DNA of 64,000 bases from the human T2T-CHM13v2.0 reference genome, Homo sapiens: the NCBI RefSeq assembly GCF_009914755.1, contig NC_060933.1. The stretch is one strand, 5' to 3'. The notes under the pieces were generated by a model. That model did no database searches. It worked only from the letters and a program-made list of their open reading frames with translations, and had not been told where the DNA came from. Of the stretch, positions 1 to 29,899 are shown piece after piece (position 1 is the first letter of the stretch; the number at the start of each line of letters is the position of its first letter). Position numbers and translations under genes: made by a program.

Positions 1-271
1 AATTAATATAAAATTCTTTAGGGGACTGTGCACTCAACCTAGGCTGTGCAGAGTTCACACATATAAAACTGCACTAAAGAAAGCTCACAATCCAAAACTA
101 CAGAACGTTTTGTGAAAGAATCCACTAACAGCAAAAATCAGCTGCTAAGAAACAGAAGAATTATATACCCAAGACTTCATAAGATGAAAATTGTTTGTAG
201 ACACTTTAAGTATTTTTTAAAATGATTAGAAAAAGATATAATGAAGCCAATACTCTATGAAAATGCAGATA

Positions 272-456
272 GTTTTTGTTTTCATTTTTGTTTTTGTTTT
301 GAGAGAGAGTCTTACTATGTTGCCCAGACTGGAGTACAGTGGCTATCCATAGGCACAATCATGGTGCACTATAGCCTGAAACTCTGGGCTTAAGTGATCC
401 TCCTACCTCAGCCTTTCAAGTATCGGGGACTATAGGCACATGGCACTGCACCCAGC
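272..456 (-). mobile_element. FAM (fossil Alu monomer)
   Basis: Single monomer with the 7SL-like GTGGCTATCCATAGGCACAATC segment and T-rich tail. Confidence 0.8.
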
Positions 457-459
457 AAA

Positions 460-1040
460 AAGCAGGTAGATTTTTAAAAAACCGAATAGAACTTCTGCAT
501 ATAATAAATAATAGTCATAAAATTAAAAATTCAGTGTGAAAGACAAACAAGCAATTAGCCATATCTAAAAGAAAGAGAATGATGAACTGGAATACAAGGT
601 AATAAAGCTGAGTACAGCACAGAGAGATAAAGAAATGGAAAACATGAAAAAGAATAGGAATGAGAGTCAATGTATTGAAATCAGTGACAGAAAAAGAGAA
701 TGGGGGAGAGGTAATGCTCAAAGGGAGAATATTTGAGACTGTTTCAGAATTGATTATAGACAAAAATGTTCAAAATCATGAAGTTCAGTAAATTCTGAGC
801 AATATAAATAAAAATAAATCTATACCTAAATACTTTATGAAATTATGGAACACCAAAATCAAAGAGAAAAATGCAACCAAAATGAAAAGACAGATGAACT
901 ACAAATGAATGAAAATTAAACAAAATCTAACCCGTCAATAATGAAGCAAGTGAGAAGACAGGGAAATAAAAACCTTAAAATGTTAAGAGGAAATAATATT
1001 CAACCAGAATGAGGACGAAATAATGTCATTTTCAGATAAG
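460..1040 (+). mobile_element. Ancient L1M/L1ME ORF1-region remnant hosting the L1PA insertions
   Basis: A-rich decayed ORF1-like sequence; L1M-like sequence resumes at about 15330-15470. Confidence 0.6.
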
Positions 1041-1060
1041 AAAGAAATCATGGTATTTTT

Positions 1061-2865
1061 GCTGGCAAGATGGCCAAATAGGAACAGCTCCGGTCTGCAG
1101 CTCCCACTGAGATCGATGCAGAAGGTGGGTGATTTCTGCATTTCCAGCTTAGGTACCTGAGTCATCTCATTGGGACTGGTTGGACAGTGGGTGCAGTCAA
1201 AGTTGGGGGAACAGAAGCAGGGTGGGGCATCACCTCACCGGGAAAGTGCAAGGGGTTGGGGAACTGCCTCTCCTAGCCAAGTAAAGCCATTAGGGACTGT
1301 ACCATGCACTCAGGCCCAGATACTGCACTTTTCCCACGTTCTTCACAACCTGCAGACCAGGAGATTCCCTCCAGTACCTACACCCTGTACCACCAGGGCC
1401 CTGAGTTTACAGCACAAAACTGGGTGGCCATTTGGCAGACACCAAGCTAGTCACAGGAGTTTTTTTTTCATACCCCAGTGGTGCCTGGAATGCCAGTGAG
1501 ACACTCCCCTGGAAAGGGGACTGAAGCCAGGGAGCCAAGTGGTCTGGCTCAGCAGGTCCCACCCCCACGGAGCCCAGCAAGCTGAGATCCAATAGCTTGA
1601 AATTCTTGCACCACCACAGCAGTATAATCTCGACCTGGGATGCTCCAGCTTGGTGGGAGGAGGGGCGACTGCCATTGCTGAGGCTTAGGTAGGCAGTTAT
1701 ACCTTCACAGTGTAAAGAAAGCCGCCCAGAAGTTTGAACTGGGCAGAGCCCACTGCAGCTCAGCAAGGCCACTGCAGCCAGACTGCCTCTCTAGATTCCC
1801 TCCTCTCTGAGCAGGGCATCTCTGAAAAAAAAGGCAACAGCCCCAGTCAGGGACTTATAGATAAAACCCCCATCTCCCTGGGACAGAGCACATTGGGGAA
1901 GGGGTGGTTGTGGGTGCAACTTCAGCAGACTTAAATGTCCCTACCTGTAAGCTCTGAAGAGAGCAGCAGATCTCCCAGGATAGCATTCGAGCTCTGATAA
2001 GGGACAGCCTGCCTCCTCAAGTGGGTCCATGACCCCCATGTACCTGACTGGGAGACACCTCCCAGTAGGGGCCAACAGACACCTCAAACAGGAAAGCTCT
2101 GGCTGGCATCTGGCAGGTGCCCCTCTGGGACGAAGCTTCCCGAGGAAGGAACAGGCAGCAATATTTGCTGTTCCGCAGCCTCCGCTAGTGATACCCAAGC
2201 AGACAGGTTCTGGAGCAGAACTCCAGCAAACTCCAGCATACCTGCATCAGAGGGGACTGACTGTTAGAAGCAAAATTAACAAACAGAAAGGAACAGTATC
2301 AACATCAATAAAAAGGACGTCCACTCAGAGACCCCAGCCAAAGGTCACCAACTTCAAAGACCAAAGGTAGATAAATCTATGAAGATGGGGAGAAACCAAC
2401 ACAAAAAGGCTGAAAATTCCAAAACCCAGATCACATCTTCTCCTCCAAAGGATCCCAAATCCTCGCCAGCAAGGGAACAAACATGTATGGAGAACGAGTT
2501 TGACAAGTTGACAGAAGTAGGCTTCAGAAGGTGGGCAATAACAAACTCCCCCGAGCTAAAGGAGGATGTTCTAACCCAATGCAAGGAAGCTAAGAATCTT
2601 GAAAAAAGGTTAGACAAATTGCTAACTAGAATAACCAGTTTAGAGAAAAGCATGAATGACCTCATGGAGCTGAAAAACACAGGACGAGAACTTTGTGAAG
2701 CATACACAAGTATCAATAGCCGAATCGATCAAGTGGAAGAAAGGATATCAGAGATTGAAGATCAACTCAATGAAATAAAGCAAGACGACAAGATTAGAGA
2801 AAAAAGAGTGAAAAGAAACAAACAAAGTCCCAAGAAATATGGGACTCTGTGAAAAGACCAAATCT
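1061..2865 (+). mobile_element. L1PA7-like 5' portion (5'UTR plus N-terminal half of ORF1), cut off at 2865
   Basis: Begins GGCAAGATGGCCAAATAGGAACAGCTCC; ORF 2379..2852 is ORF1p N-terminus and coiled coil; left TSD AAGAAATCATGGTATTTT 1042-1059. Confidence 0.9.
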
Positions 2866-8999
<6,134 letters not shown>

Positions 9000-9148
9000 A
9001 AGAAATCATGTATTTTATAGATATGCATATAAATGTATGACAATATGTGTATATATATACGTATCATGGTAAAGTACTATGTATCAAAATTTGTGAGGTG
9101 TGGCTAAATTAATACAGAGAGAATTTTATTACCTTAAAAAATTAACTT

Positions 9149-15313
<6,165 letters not shown>

Positions 15314-15479
15314 AAAAAATTAACTTGAAACAGAAAAAAGAAAATTATTCAGACAAGCATCCAACTCAAAACATTAGAAAAAGAACACAAAATCTAAAGA
15401 AAATAAAAAGGAAGGAAAATATAAAGAACATTAATTAAATTTAAAAAATCTAAAAGGGAAAGAATTAATAATTTGTGCA

Positions 15480-15922
15480 AGCATCTCAGGTATTAGATAG
15501 TATGCAAAGGAGACCCCTACCCTAAAAGCCTATTATTGGGGCTTCAAACTTTCCATGAGCGTTCTCAGTTTCCGACGTCAGTTGAGAATACCAGGCTATT
15601 CTCATGTCTTGTTTTTTATTTGATTTTATGTGGCAGTTAGAAGGTAGCCCTGAAGAGTCAAGGAAGTTGTTACCAAGCCCAGGAAGAGTTGTAGCCATAG
15701 AAAAAGTGTTGTGTAATAGGGACTGTGGCCATAGGAGGTGGAACTCAGCCACTACCAAAATGCAACCACCCTCCAGTCTCCTGCTAGAGTCTCCCACCAG
15801 CCAATCAGTCAGGGGGCAAGCAAGCCGAGATGTGACTGGCCAGAGAAATCAGGCTCCCAGGGCATAGAGCAGGTTGAGGGACGAACAAGAGATATATAAG
15901 TGTGAGCAGAGAAAAACCAGCA
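15480..15922. mobile_element. Probable old MLT1-type (ERVL-MaLR) LTR remnant
   Basis: Ends with an MLT1-like CTCCCAGGGCATAGAGCAGG...ACCAGCA segment; highly diverged. Confidence 0.35.
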
Positions 15923-15929
15923 AAGAATC

Positions 15930-17930
<2,001 letters not shown>

Positions 17931-17947
17931 TTGAAAATGATTGAATG

Positions 17948-18809
<862 letters not shown>

Positions 18810-19114
18810 GAAAATTATTGAATGCTTTTTCTTCTTTAATCTTTCTCCTTTAATATTTTCATATGAAGAATTACATTAATTGATTTGACTTACTTGTATT
18901 TAATCAACCTTGAATTCCTTCAGTGAACTCAAGTCATGTTATATTTACTTTTTTTGGACATTGCTGGATATTTTCACATATGTTCATAAAGTAAGATTAA
19001 CAGAACATTTTCATTTATTTTAATTTCATTATCTGATTTTAGACAAAGTAAGACTCATAAGAGGAACTGGAGAGTGTTCTTTATCTATACGCCAAAAGAA
19101 TGGATAGAATTAGA

Positions 19115-19330
19115 GCAATGGTTCTCAACTGAGGGCAATTTTGCCCCTTAAGGGACATTTGGAAATATCTGGGACATTTTGGGTTGTCAAAATAAGGGAG
19201 GTGCTACTGACATCTAGTGAGTAGAGGTCAGGGATGCTGTTGAACATCCTCCAATGCACAGGACAGTGCCTCACCTCCCCCAACAAAGAACTCTAGCTAA
19301 CCCCAAATGTCAACAGTGCTGAGACTGTGA
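19115..19330. mobile_element. MER20 (hAT-Charlie) DNA transposon
   Basis: CAATGGTTCTCAAC...GGGACATTTGG...GTGCTACTGACATCTAGTGAGTAGAGG...AATGTCAACAGTGCTGAG. Confidence 0.88.
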
Positions 19331-19504
19331 GCTTTTCTCCCATTCTGAATAATCAGAATTTGTACTTGTAATTTTGTATTTTTTCAGAGGATACTTCAAA
19401 AATTATATAAGCTTCAGTCCCCATAGAATGAAAATATGGTGGAGGAAAGAGAGGACACTGTGTGAAGGAGATATGTGTGTCTGTAGGTGTATGTGCAGGT
19501 GCAT

Positions 19505-19650
19505 GGGAGGGAAAGAGAGACAGAGACACACACATAGACAGAGAGAGACCAACTAAATACAATGGTAGAGAGAGGAAGCGAGAGAGATGGGGAGAAAAAG
19601 AGAGAGAGAGATGAACTAAAGACAATGGTAGAGAGAGGAAATGAGAGAGA
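19505..19650. repeat. GA-rich low-complexity tract with a 63-bp-period duplication
   Basis: AACTAAA(T/G)ACAATGGTAGAGAGAGGAA at 19551 and 19614. Confidence 0.8.
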
Positions 19651-19668
19651 TTTTGTTCTGATATAATT

Positions 19669-20057
19669 TTTTTTTTTTTGAAACCAGGTATTGCTGTGTC
19701 ACCCAGGCTGGAGTGTAGTGGTGCCATCACGGCCCACTGCAGCCTCAACCTCCCCAGGCTCAGGTGATCCTCCCCCCTCAGTTTTTGTTTTTTTCCTTTT
19801 TGTGGAGAATGGGTCTTGCTGTATTGCCCAGGCAGGTCTCAAACTCCTGGGCTCAGGCTATCCTCCTGCCTCTGCCTCCCTAAGAGCTGGGATTACAGGT
19901 GTGAGACACCGTGCCCACCCACAGTTTTTACATTTTTAGTAGAGACGAGGTTTTGCCATGTTGCCCAGGCTGGACTCCAAATCCTGGGCTCAAGCGATTC
20001 ACCCTCCTTGGCGTCCCAAAGTGCTAAGATTACAGGCATGGGCCACTGAGTCAAGCC
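19669..20057 (-). mobile_element. Composite AluJ/FLAM (two left-type monomers plus partial right arm)
   Basis: One TSD TGT(T/A)CTGATATAATT 19654-19668 / 20058-20072 encloses all three parts. Confidence 0.85.
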
Positions 20058-20709
20058 TGTACTGATATAATTCTCAAATTATCAGTTACCAAGAAATTTG
20101 CCACAAGCAATAATATCCACAATACCAAGAAACTGAAGGAGAGTAATAAGTATGGCATACAGTCTAGCAATTCTAAACTTTGGTATCTATCCTAGAGAAA
20201 TGCTTGCACATGTACATAAAGACATATCCCTGAAACACTGTAAAAATGAAAAACTGGAAGCAATCTATATGTCAAATTAGTAGAGTAATGGATAAAGTGT
20301 CATATACTCACATAAAAACTCTACAGCAATAAAAGGGAATTAGATTTATATGTATCAACATGGACACATTTCAAAATATATACTTTTTAATATAAAATCA
20401 AATTGTATAACTATTCTTAGTTTATTTTTATATTAATACATTTATGTATGTATTTAATATATTGTGTTTATGTAATACATTTGCACTCAAAATATTATTA
20501 CATATTCTCTATAGAAAAAATGCATGTAAAATACAAAAATGGCTTGAAAGGACATTATACACTGCACAAGCGCATACGAGTAGTTAACTCTGGAGGATAA
20601 AGGATAAAGCAACAAGACTGAGAGAGATAAACGTCAAATGCACACTAATTTTATTTGTATTATTCTCACTTTTAAAAAGGGAATGTAATCATATGTTTCA
20701 CATGTAATT

Positions 20710-21005
<296 letters not shown>

Positions 21006-22418
21006 TAATTTTTTAAAAAGTAGATAATAGGAAAGAACAAAAACTAGAAGATATGTCAAATTGCCATGTGTTAATTTTTTTTGATTGTAGGAATGTGGAT
21101 GAATGGTGACTGGTTTCTGCTCTGTGCTTTTTGGATATTCAAATTTCCTAAATAACAAAAATACAAAAATAATTTTAATTCTAAAAAAAAATTATATCTA
21201 CTAATGAAAGCAGTGGAAATGAGAACTTAAAACCAGCCCGTTTCTGGGGGAGCTCGGCAGCATCCCAGCTTGTTAGAACAATGCTAGGATGAAAGTGCCA
21301 CTCTAGGAGACTGATACCAAAAGACTCGTTTTATAATTTAGGTAGCTGGTTTCTGAAGTTTTACCACAGTTCTGACAACTACCAATTTTCTTTCCTTTGG
21401 GAAGTAACGGGGTAGGAGAAGAAACATTCGTCCACTCCCGAAGTCCTCCCAGAGCTCTGCTTATGTTCCTGGCCTTCCCTGGGCAAGAAGGACTGTGAGT
21501 TCAATAAGCACAGACTTCCAGCAAAGGAGATTACACAGTGCTTTAGCAACTCATTCATCTTTCTGAAACTGAAGGTCAGTTCTTCTGGAACAATTTAATA
21601 CTGTTTTCTCATTTTACATCCTTGAAAGCGATGAAGGCCCATTCATCTTTAGGCTCTCTATTGTAACACATCACAAAGAACACTTGAAATGTTACATTAA
21701 TTGTGATTATTTTTTTGAATCTTTCCGTCAGTTTTTGCACCCAATAAATAGAAATTTTAGAAAGAGGCCAGTCTGTTGAGACACTGATCCAGCATATAGA
21801 AATGAAATCAGTAAAGGTGCTTAGAACCATAGCTGGTGTGTGGTAAATGCTGTTGTATTAGCTATTACTACCAATTCTACAGCTACTACTATGCAGTTCC
21901 AATGTTAATACTACTACAGTAAGAAGCAGCAGACATTTTGATCATTTTAAACTTTTGTATGATGTTTGAAACAAATGTTTAAAAACGAAAAACATTTTTA
22001 AACATTCTCTCAAGAAGGTTTTCATATCTCCAGCAGAAGCCTGCTGTATGGGGTTTTAGTTCCTCCGTGGGAGGGGCACTGGTTTTCCTCAGATCCCTAA
22101 TCCCTGCCTAGATCTGTTCCACCAATTCTTTAACAAGATTGATTAGAAAGTGTGTGGTTTTGCTCAGCGTTTGGGGGGATAGAATGGGACTTGGTCCTGG
22201 GTACCAAGGACTTGAGTTTTACCATCTGCCTTCTTCCCTCCCTTTCAGGCCATGAAGGTTCACTTATTTACTTTATGAATTTGCCAAAAGCAAAAGTAAT
22301 ATGCCCTCAGTTAGAGACGGTCTCACAGGGTTCTATTACCTGCACCTTGTTCCAATTTCTTGTGGCACCATTATCAAAAGCTTGGAGTAAAGCCAAAAAA
22401 GAGAACATAGAAGATAGT

Positions 22419-22776
22419 TGTTATGGTCTAAATGTTTGCATCCCTTCAAAATTTATATGTTGAAACTTAACCCCCATTATGATGGTATTAGGAGGTGGGG
22501 GCTTTGGGAAGTGATTAGGTCATGAGGGCAGAGCCCCCATAAATAGGATCAGTGCCCTTACAAGAGGCTACAGAGATGAGTTCTTCCTCTCCACCATGGG
22601 AGGACACAGTGAGAAGGCACTGTCTATGAGGATGTAAGCCCTCACCACACACCAAATCTGCTGGTTCCTTGATCTCCCACCTCTCAAGCTCTAGAACTGC
22701 TAGAAATAAATTTCTATTTTTATAAGCCACACAGTCTATGGTATTTTCTTAGAGCAGACCAACCCAAATTAAAACA
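22419..22776 (+). mobile_element. MLT1A/MST-type MaLR solo LTR
   Basis: TGTTATGGTCTAAATGTTTG...GTGATTAGGTCATGAGGG...AGAAATAAATTTCT...AAAACA, about 360 bp. Confidence 0.88.
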
Positions 22777-23799
22777 GTGTATTGTGATAGTGAGGTGAAA
22801 TACATGCATAATCCTTGACCCTGCCCATTTCTGTCAACTTTTTATTTGTCAGTTTTTAAAGTTCCTGCAGAATTGGAAGGCTGTCACTCAAAATGGCCCT
22901 GGTTACTTACTCCTTGGTCAGTAGAAAGTTAAATACAATTGCTTTGCCATGTCTATTAGCTGATGTCTGACTAAGCTGATAAGTAGCATCGGCTCTATTG
23001 TGGCTCACTCATTAATTAGCATCAAATTCAGGTTGATATTCTATTTCCAAAAATCTCCCTCTGCCTTTTTAAAATCACCTCTTTCAAGATGGTTTGCAAA
23101 AGTGGAATTAAATAATCGAGATGTGGCAAGATAATGTGTATACTCTGATAGGTGCATGAAATTTTCAAAGTGTTAAAAAGCACTGAGCTAGTATAGTTTG
23201 CCAGAGAATCTTTGGTTATGCTAACTTCCAGTTATACAGAATCCAACAAATGAGAACTATTTAAATCAAGAATGGTACATTTGTTTAATGGAATACTATG
23301 TGATTACTTAAAACTATATCACAGAAAAAAAAACTATATCACAAAAAAAATTATGGCATGGAAAGTTATTCATAATATATTAAGTGGGGGACAGGGGTAA
23401 ATATGGTATCTATAGAACAATTTGTGCAGAATCATCCTTTTTTAAAACAAAAGGCACAGACCATATGTACAAGTATACAAGAAAAAAAGATGCCAAAACA
23501 TACACCAAAATTTTAACAATTAGTCTGGGTAGAGGAATTATAAGTTTTTCCTTTGCATGTGTTTGTTTTTCTGTGTGTTTTCCCAAATTTTCTGCATTTA
23601 ACATGTGTTGCTATGGTAATCACAGCTAAAACCAGTAACATTTCCTTTTTAAAAGGATGGTGTTACAGCATGACTGAGTAGCTGTTTAAAACTTGTAGAG
23701 TGTCTACATTTGTGAAGTCATCACAAGTTCAGGGACTCATTCTAAAATTTCAAGTTTAGAAACACAATTTGATTAGTTCACTAAAGACTAATCACATAG

Positions 23800-24400
23800 A
23801 AGGAATACATTCTAATGTTTGATAGCACAGTAGAGTGACTATAGTTAACAATTATCTATTGTATTTTTCAAAATAGCTGGAAGACTTGAAAGGGACCCAT
23901 CACATAGACATTATAAATACCCTAACTTAATCATTACATATCATACGCATGTAACAAAATTGCACATGTACCCCATTAATATGTACAAATATATATATAT
24001 TCAAAAAATAATTTTTAAAAAGCTGAGGAGGAAAGAACAAATTTTAAAAAGCTGGAGGGGAAAGAACAAATTAAACTTTAACAGAAAGTTAATTACGAAG
24101 ATAAGTAGAAATTATGAAATCAAAAGTCAACAAAAGCAAAAATCAAGTTGTTCCTTTAAAAAGATTAATAAAACATACGTAACCTCTACTAGATTAATAA
24201 ATGAGAGGAAGAAATGAACAATTTACCAGTATCAAGTGAGAAAGAGGAAGCATCACTATAGATGCTGCAAACGTTAATGGATATTAACACATAACTTCAT
24301 GTAATAAGTTTGACAACTTAGATGAAAAGGACAAATTACTTGAAAAGCACAACCTATTAAAACTGACTCAAGAAGACACAGAAAATCTGAAATTATTTAA
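23800..24400 (+). mobile_element. L1MA 3' end followed by an older L1M ORF2 fragment
   Basis: GTGACTATAGTTAACAAT...CACATGTACCCCAT; short tandem duplication near 24010-24073. Confidence 0.65.
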
Positions 24401-24833
24401 TCATGCTATTCACACAGCTACTTCAGAGGCTCCAAGTCTTATAATGTGGGGTTTCTTGGCTCCTTACCCCTCTCCTGGGGGATCTAGGAAATAAATGTTG
24501 CTATTGATTGCCAAAAAAGGGAAGAAAAAAAAGGACTGATCATTGTACAAAAATGATGACTAGCTCCCTGCCCTCAGCTCCCATTACTAATGTCTATAAT
24601 TCTTATTTGTTCATCAGGGTAGATTCCCCTAAATGTAGTAACTTCATCAAACAATCTGACTTTTCTACAGCTCTTGAAGCAGAGCCTTTACTTTTCAAAA
24701 AATTCATGCTAGCAACTCAGGGAAGGACAGTATTGTGCCCTCCTGAGCACTGAGTTTTTTCGTTACTCACCGCCATTTGAACAGTTTAAAAATTATTCTT
24801 TATTTTTGTTGCAGTCTCACCAACGCACCTTAA

Positions 24834-25533
24834 CGTAGCAGTTTCTCATTGTCTGAACTAGTACCCTGGGTTCTTTGTCCTCACGTCCAAGAAAATTAAG
24901 GAACGTGGACACAAAGGTGGGGTTGGAGCAAAAGTTTAATAAGTGAAAGAAAGAAAAGAAGCTCTCTGCATTAGAGAGGGGAGTCTGACTGGACTGCCAA
25001 GTTGTAGTAAAAACGTCAGGGTTTTTATAAATGGACTAGTGAGGAGGGGTGTCTTATCTTCCCAGGGCCTGAAGATTTAGTTGGGACCAGGTGTGCTATC
25101 GGCATAGAGCAGAGTTCCTAACAGCCTTTACCCAATTCCTTGATCACATAAGCAGGCTTTTAGTTTATGCTGCTCTGTGCTGCTTTGTGTCGCTTAAGTT
25201 TCTGTGTCTGTTCCCAGACATTTTCTTGCAGCTGCAGGCATCCCCCCACCCTCCCTGTATAAGCTTCTCGCTTCCGTATCTTAGTGGGCCTAAACGGAAA
25301 GGAATGTACTTATTAAGTCTCACAGTTTTTACTGGGGCCCATTGTATGAGTATGAAGTCGAGACTCTCCCACTCCTGTGCTTGTTTATCTGTGCTTAAAG
25401 CTGTCTATCTGTCCAGGTGCAACCTGAGGTTTTCCCAAGGTTGTTTTATTTTTTGCCTGTTGCTGTGACTTTTCAGGTAGGCTGCTGCTGCAGTCTGAAT
25501 TTTTTCAATGATTTTTCCTTCCCGTCTCTCTCA
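24834..25533 (-). mobile_element. ERV1 solo LTR, MER51-like
   Basis: About 700 bp; minus strand begins TGAGAGAG; U5-like GGGTTCTTTGTCCTCACGTCCAAGAA; ATTAAA on the minus strand at 24935-24940. Confidence 0.7.
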
Positions 25534-25784
25534 TTTTCATTTGCATTTAAGAAAATTTCCAGTAACTACGACAAGTTCACATGCTTTTTACTTACTCTAT
25601 TTTCTCTGGAGCGGAGTCCTTGTGTGAGAGGAAGCAGCAGAGACCTGGGAAAGGAGCTTTGGTCTAGGAGTCAGGAATCAGGGATCTACTGCAATAGCTT
25701 TCTAAGTGGCCTTCCACTTCCACACTTGGTGCCCTCTAATCCATTTTCCACACAGCAACCAGAATTATTATTTAAAAACTTTAA

Positions 25785-26113
<329 letters not shown>

Positions 26114-26466
26114 TCAGAACATGGCCCTCTCCTGCTTAAAACTTTGCAATGGCTTCCCATTGCTTTAAAAATAAAATTCAGGCTTTTCCACGATGGACAA
26201 GGTTCTGCTCTGCAACCTTGTTCACTGCTCTGCAGCAACACTGGCCTTCCCACCTCAGAGCTTTTGTCCTTACTGGTATGTTCCAGCAAAATTCTTTTGC
26301 CTGGGGTGCTCTTTTCTCAGATCGTCACAGTTTCTTCTCGTCCTTCAGAGTTTATCTTAAACACCACCACCTCTCTAAGAGGCCTTCCGTACCTCCCACC
26401 CATCAGGTTCATTTTGTTTTCTTCCTAACACCTGTCACAGTCTGACATTATGCTAATCATTTGTTG

Positions 26467-26917
26467 TGTCAGCCTTAAGTAGTGAAATTCAGAAAATATC
26501 ATTAAGTATAGAGTTTATTCTAACGCAAAGCTTGAGGACAGCCACCTGGAAACACCAACTCCAAACAAATAGGGTCAATGTTCCAAAGTGAAGTTAAGGT
26601 TTCATTTACACAGGCAGAAACAGAGAAGGTTCAGCAGGAGTACATTTTCAATACAAGAGCAGTGCATAAATTACAGCGATTAGATTAGTTATAGATAGCT
26701 ACATTCCAAGGAAGATAACTATATTAATTTATGAAGGGGGTAGTGATCTGAGGGGGTCTTACCTCTGTCTCTGTTTGGTCTTCCTGATTATAGGAAAAAA
26801 CAAGGCAGACATTGCAGCTGTATGCCATGGGACTCAGGCCCCATCGCCACATTCTTCGCAAGGCTCAGAATAATTTAAAGTTCCAACAGCTTTAAGTTTG
26901 AATTATTTAATTTCACA
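26467..26917 (-). mobile_element. ERV1-class solo LTR (MER4 group, subfamily not assigned)
   Basis: TG...CA termini and 4-bp TSD GTTG (26463-26466 / 26918-26921); interrupts L2. Confidence 0.75.
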
Positions 26918-27429
26918 GTTGATTCACTTGTTCTTTTCCTGTCTCCCACAATAGAAAATAAGCTCCCAGGGATGCAACCTTGGCAGGCTCCTAAACTGCC
27001 ACGGCTCCAGTTTCTTGTAGATTAGATATTCACTGTTGGTTAAATGAAAGAAGTTCTAGACAGGCCTCGGTGTGCTGCCTCCTCTTTAACGAGAGGGCTT
27101 ACTAGATGAATGTGAGCAGACGGAAGCAGAACACCCTCTTAATGAAGGCAGCGCATTCCAGCTCAGGGATTTCTAGAAACCTCGGGGGCGGAAGTTTAAC
27201 CAGAGAATTAGGAGGCAAGGGGAAGAGTAGCAATGAGGTTAACCTGTGCAGTGTAGTCATTTCACGAGTTTGAGAACGCCTAGCACGATGCCTTAACGGA
27301 GCGTCGGGCACAGAGTCATTTGGGAGGATTTCTTTTTCGGATTTTTGAGACAGGAACCTGATTTGAAGCAACAGGGAAGAACACCAAGAGGACGAAGAGC
27401 CAACGACGGGCGTGCCCGGGAGCTCTCAC

Positions 27430-28112
<683 letters not shown>

Positions 28113-28776
28113 TAAGTTGCCCGGAGGCCGCGCCGCGGGTGTGGAGGTGTGCTGGCCAGCAGGCCCCGGGGCTCCGGCAGCGCGCGGGCGTGGGCGTGTG
28201 GGTGTGTACCTGGCTTGTGGGTCTGGCCTTGAATTCGTGCCGGGGTTCCCTTGAGGATTTTCCTACGTAGGCTGTGGAGATTGACGTGTATGATGTAGGA
28301 GATGTGTGCCTTGGGTGATGTGGTTTTTAAATTTAGTCAGCCAAGGTTTTCCAAAGGTGTCATGTAGCAGGTAGTGGTTGTAGGAGGGAGTAGGTCTCTG
28401 CCCGCTGGGAGTCGCGATCCATAGCGGCCCTGGTCTGGAATTCACAGAAGTATTGTCCCCGGGAACTTAAGAGGAGGCAACAGTTAATTCGGCGTGATAG
28501 TGATGCTGTGGCGGATTCTTAGGGTAGGCATTTGCCAGAGAGGAGTAGATAAGACGGTAAAGGTTGTTCGGGAATGGAGGTTACAGGTACAAAAAAATTA
28601 AACACTTACTGGCAATTGTTGGACCTCCCTACAAACCCTTGACCCCACTAAACCCAGTTTTCTTCCCTGGTTCCTCCCTCTCCCCTTCAGACAACTAGTT
28701 ACCGCTTTAGAATTTAGTAAGTTTTAAATATATCATGTATTTGCCTAGCACCTTCCAGTTCATTTGTTCCAGGTCT

Positions 28777-29254
<478 letters not shown>

Positions 29255-29614
29255 GGAAGTCTTTTTAAAGCTTGCACATAGTGGCATAAGGATAACAGAA
29301 TTGTAATAACAATACTACCTTTTTTTTTCAAGCACCTATTGTGTGCCAGGTACATAGTGCACTCATTCTTTCTTCATAACAACTCTATCTTGATAATTTC
29401 CATTGCTGAAAGAAGCTCAGTAGGTTATTTTGCCCAGTTTTACGCAGCTGTTACATAGTTGCATTGCTATTTGAATCCAGATCAGGAAAGATAAATGTAA
29501 TCAAATGAGTTAGATACCATAACAACATATATCAGGATCCTTCACAAAGGATGAAGTGGTTAGTTTTGTCTACGAGTATGAGAAAGGGCTTTGTAAAGAA
29601 GATATGAAAGTCTT

Positions 29615-29885
29615 TGGTCTTGCTCTGTTGCCCACGCTGGAGCTCAGTGGCATGATCAGGGCTCCGTGAAGCCTGGACCTCCCCTTCTCAAGTGATCCTC
29701 CTACCTCAGCCTTTCAAGTAGCTCGGACTATAGGCGCGTACCATACCTGGCTAATGTTTTAAAATTTTTTTGTAGAGATGGGGTTTCACCATGTTGCCCA
29801 GGCTAGTTTCGAACTTCTGGGCTCAAGAAACTCACCTCGGCCTCCCAAAGTGCTGGGATTACAGACATGAGCCACTGCACCCGCC
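29615..29885 (-). mobile_element. AluJ without A-tail
   Basis: Flanked by AAGAAGATA(T/G)GAAAGTCTT direct repeats. Confidence 0.88.
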
Positions 29886-29899
29886 TAAGAAGATAGGAA

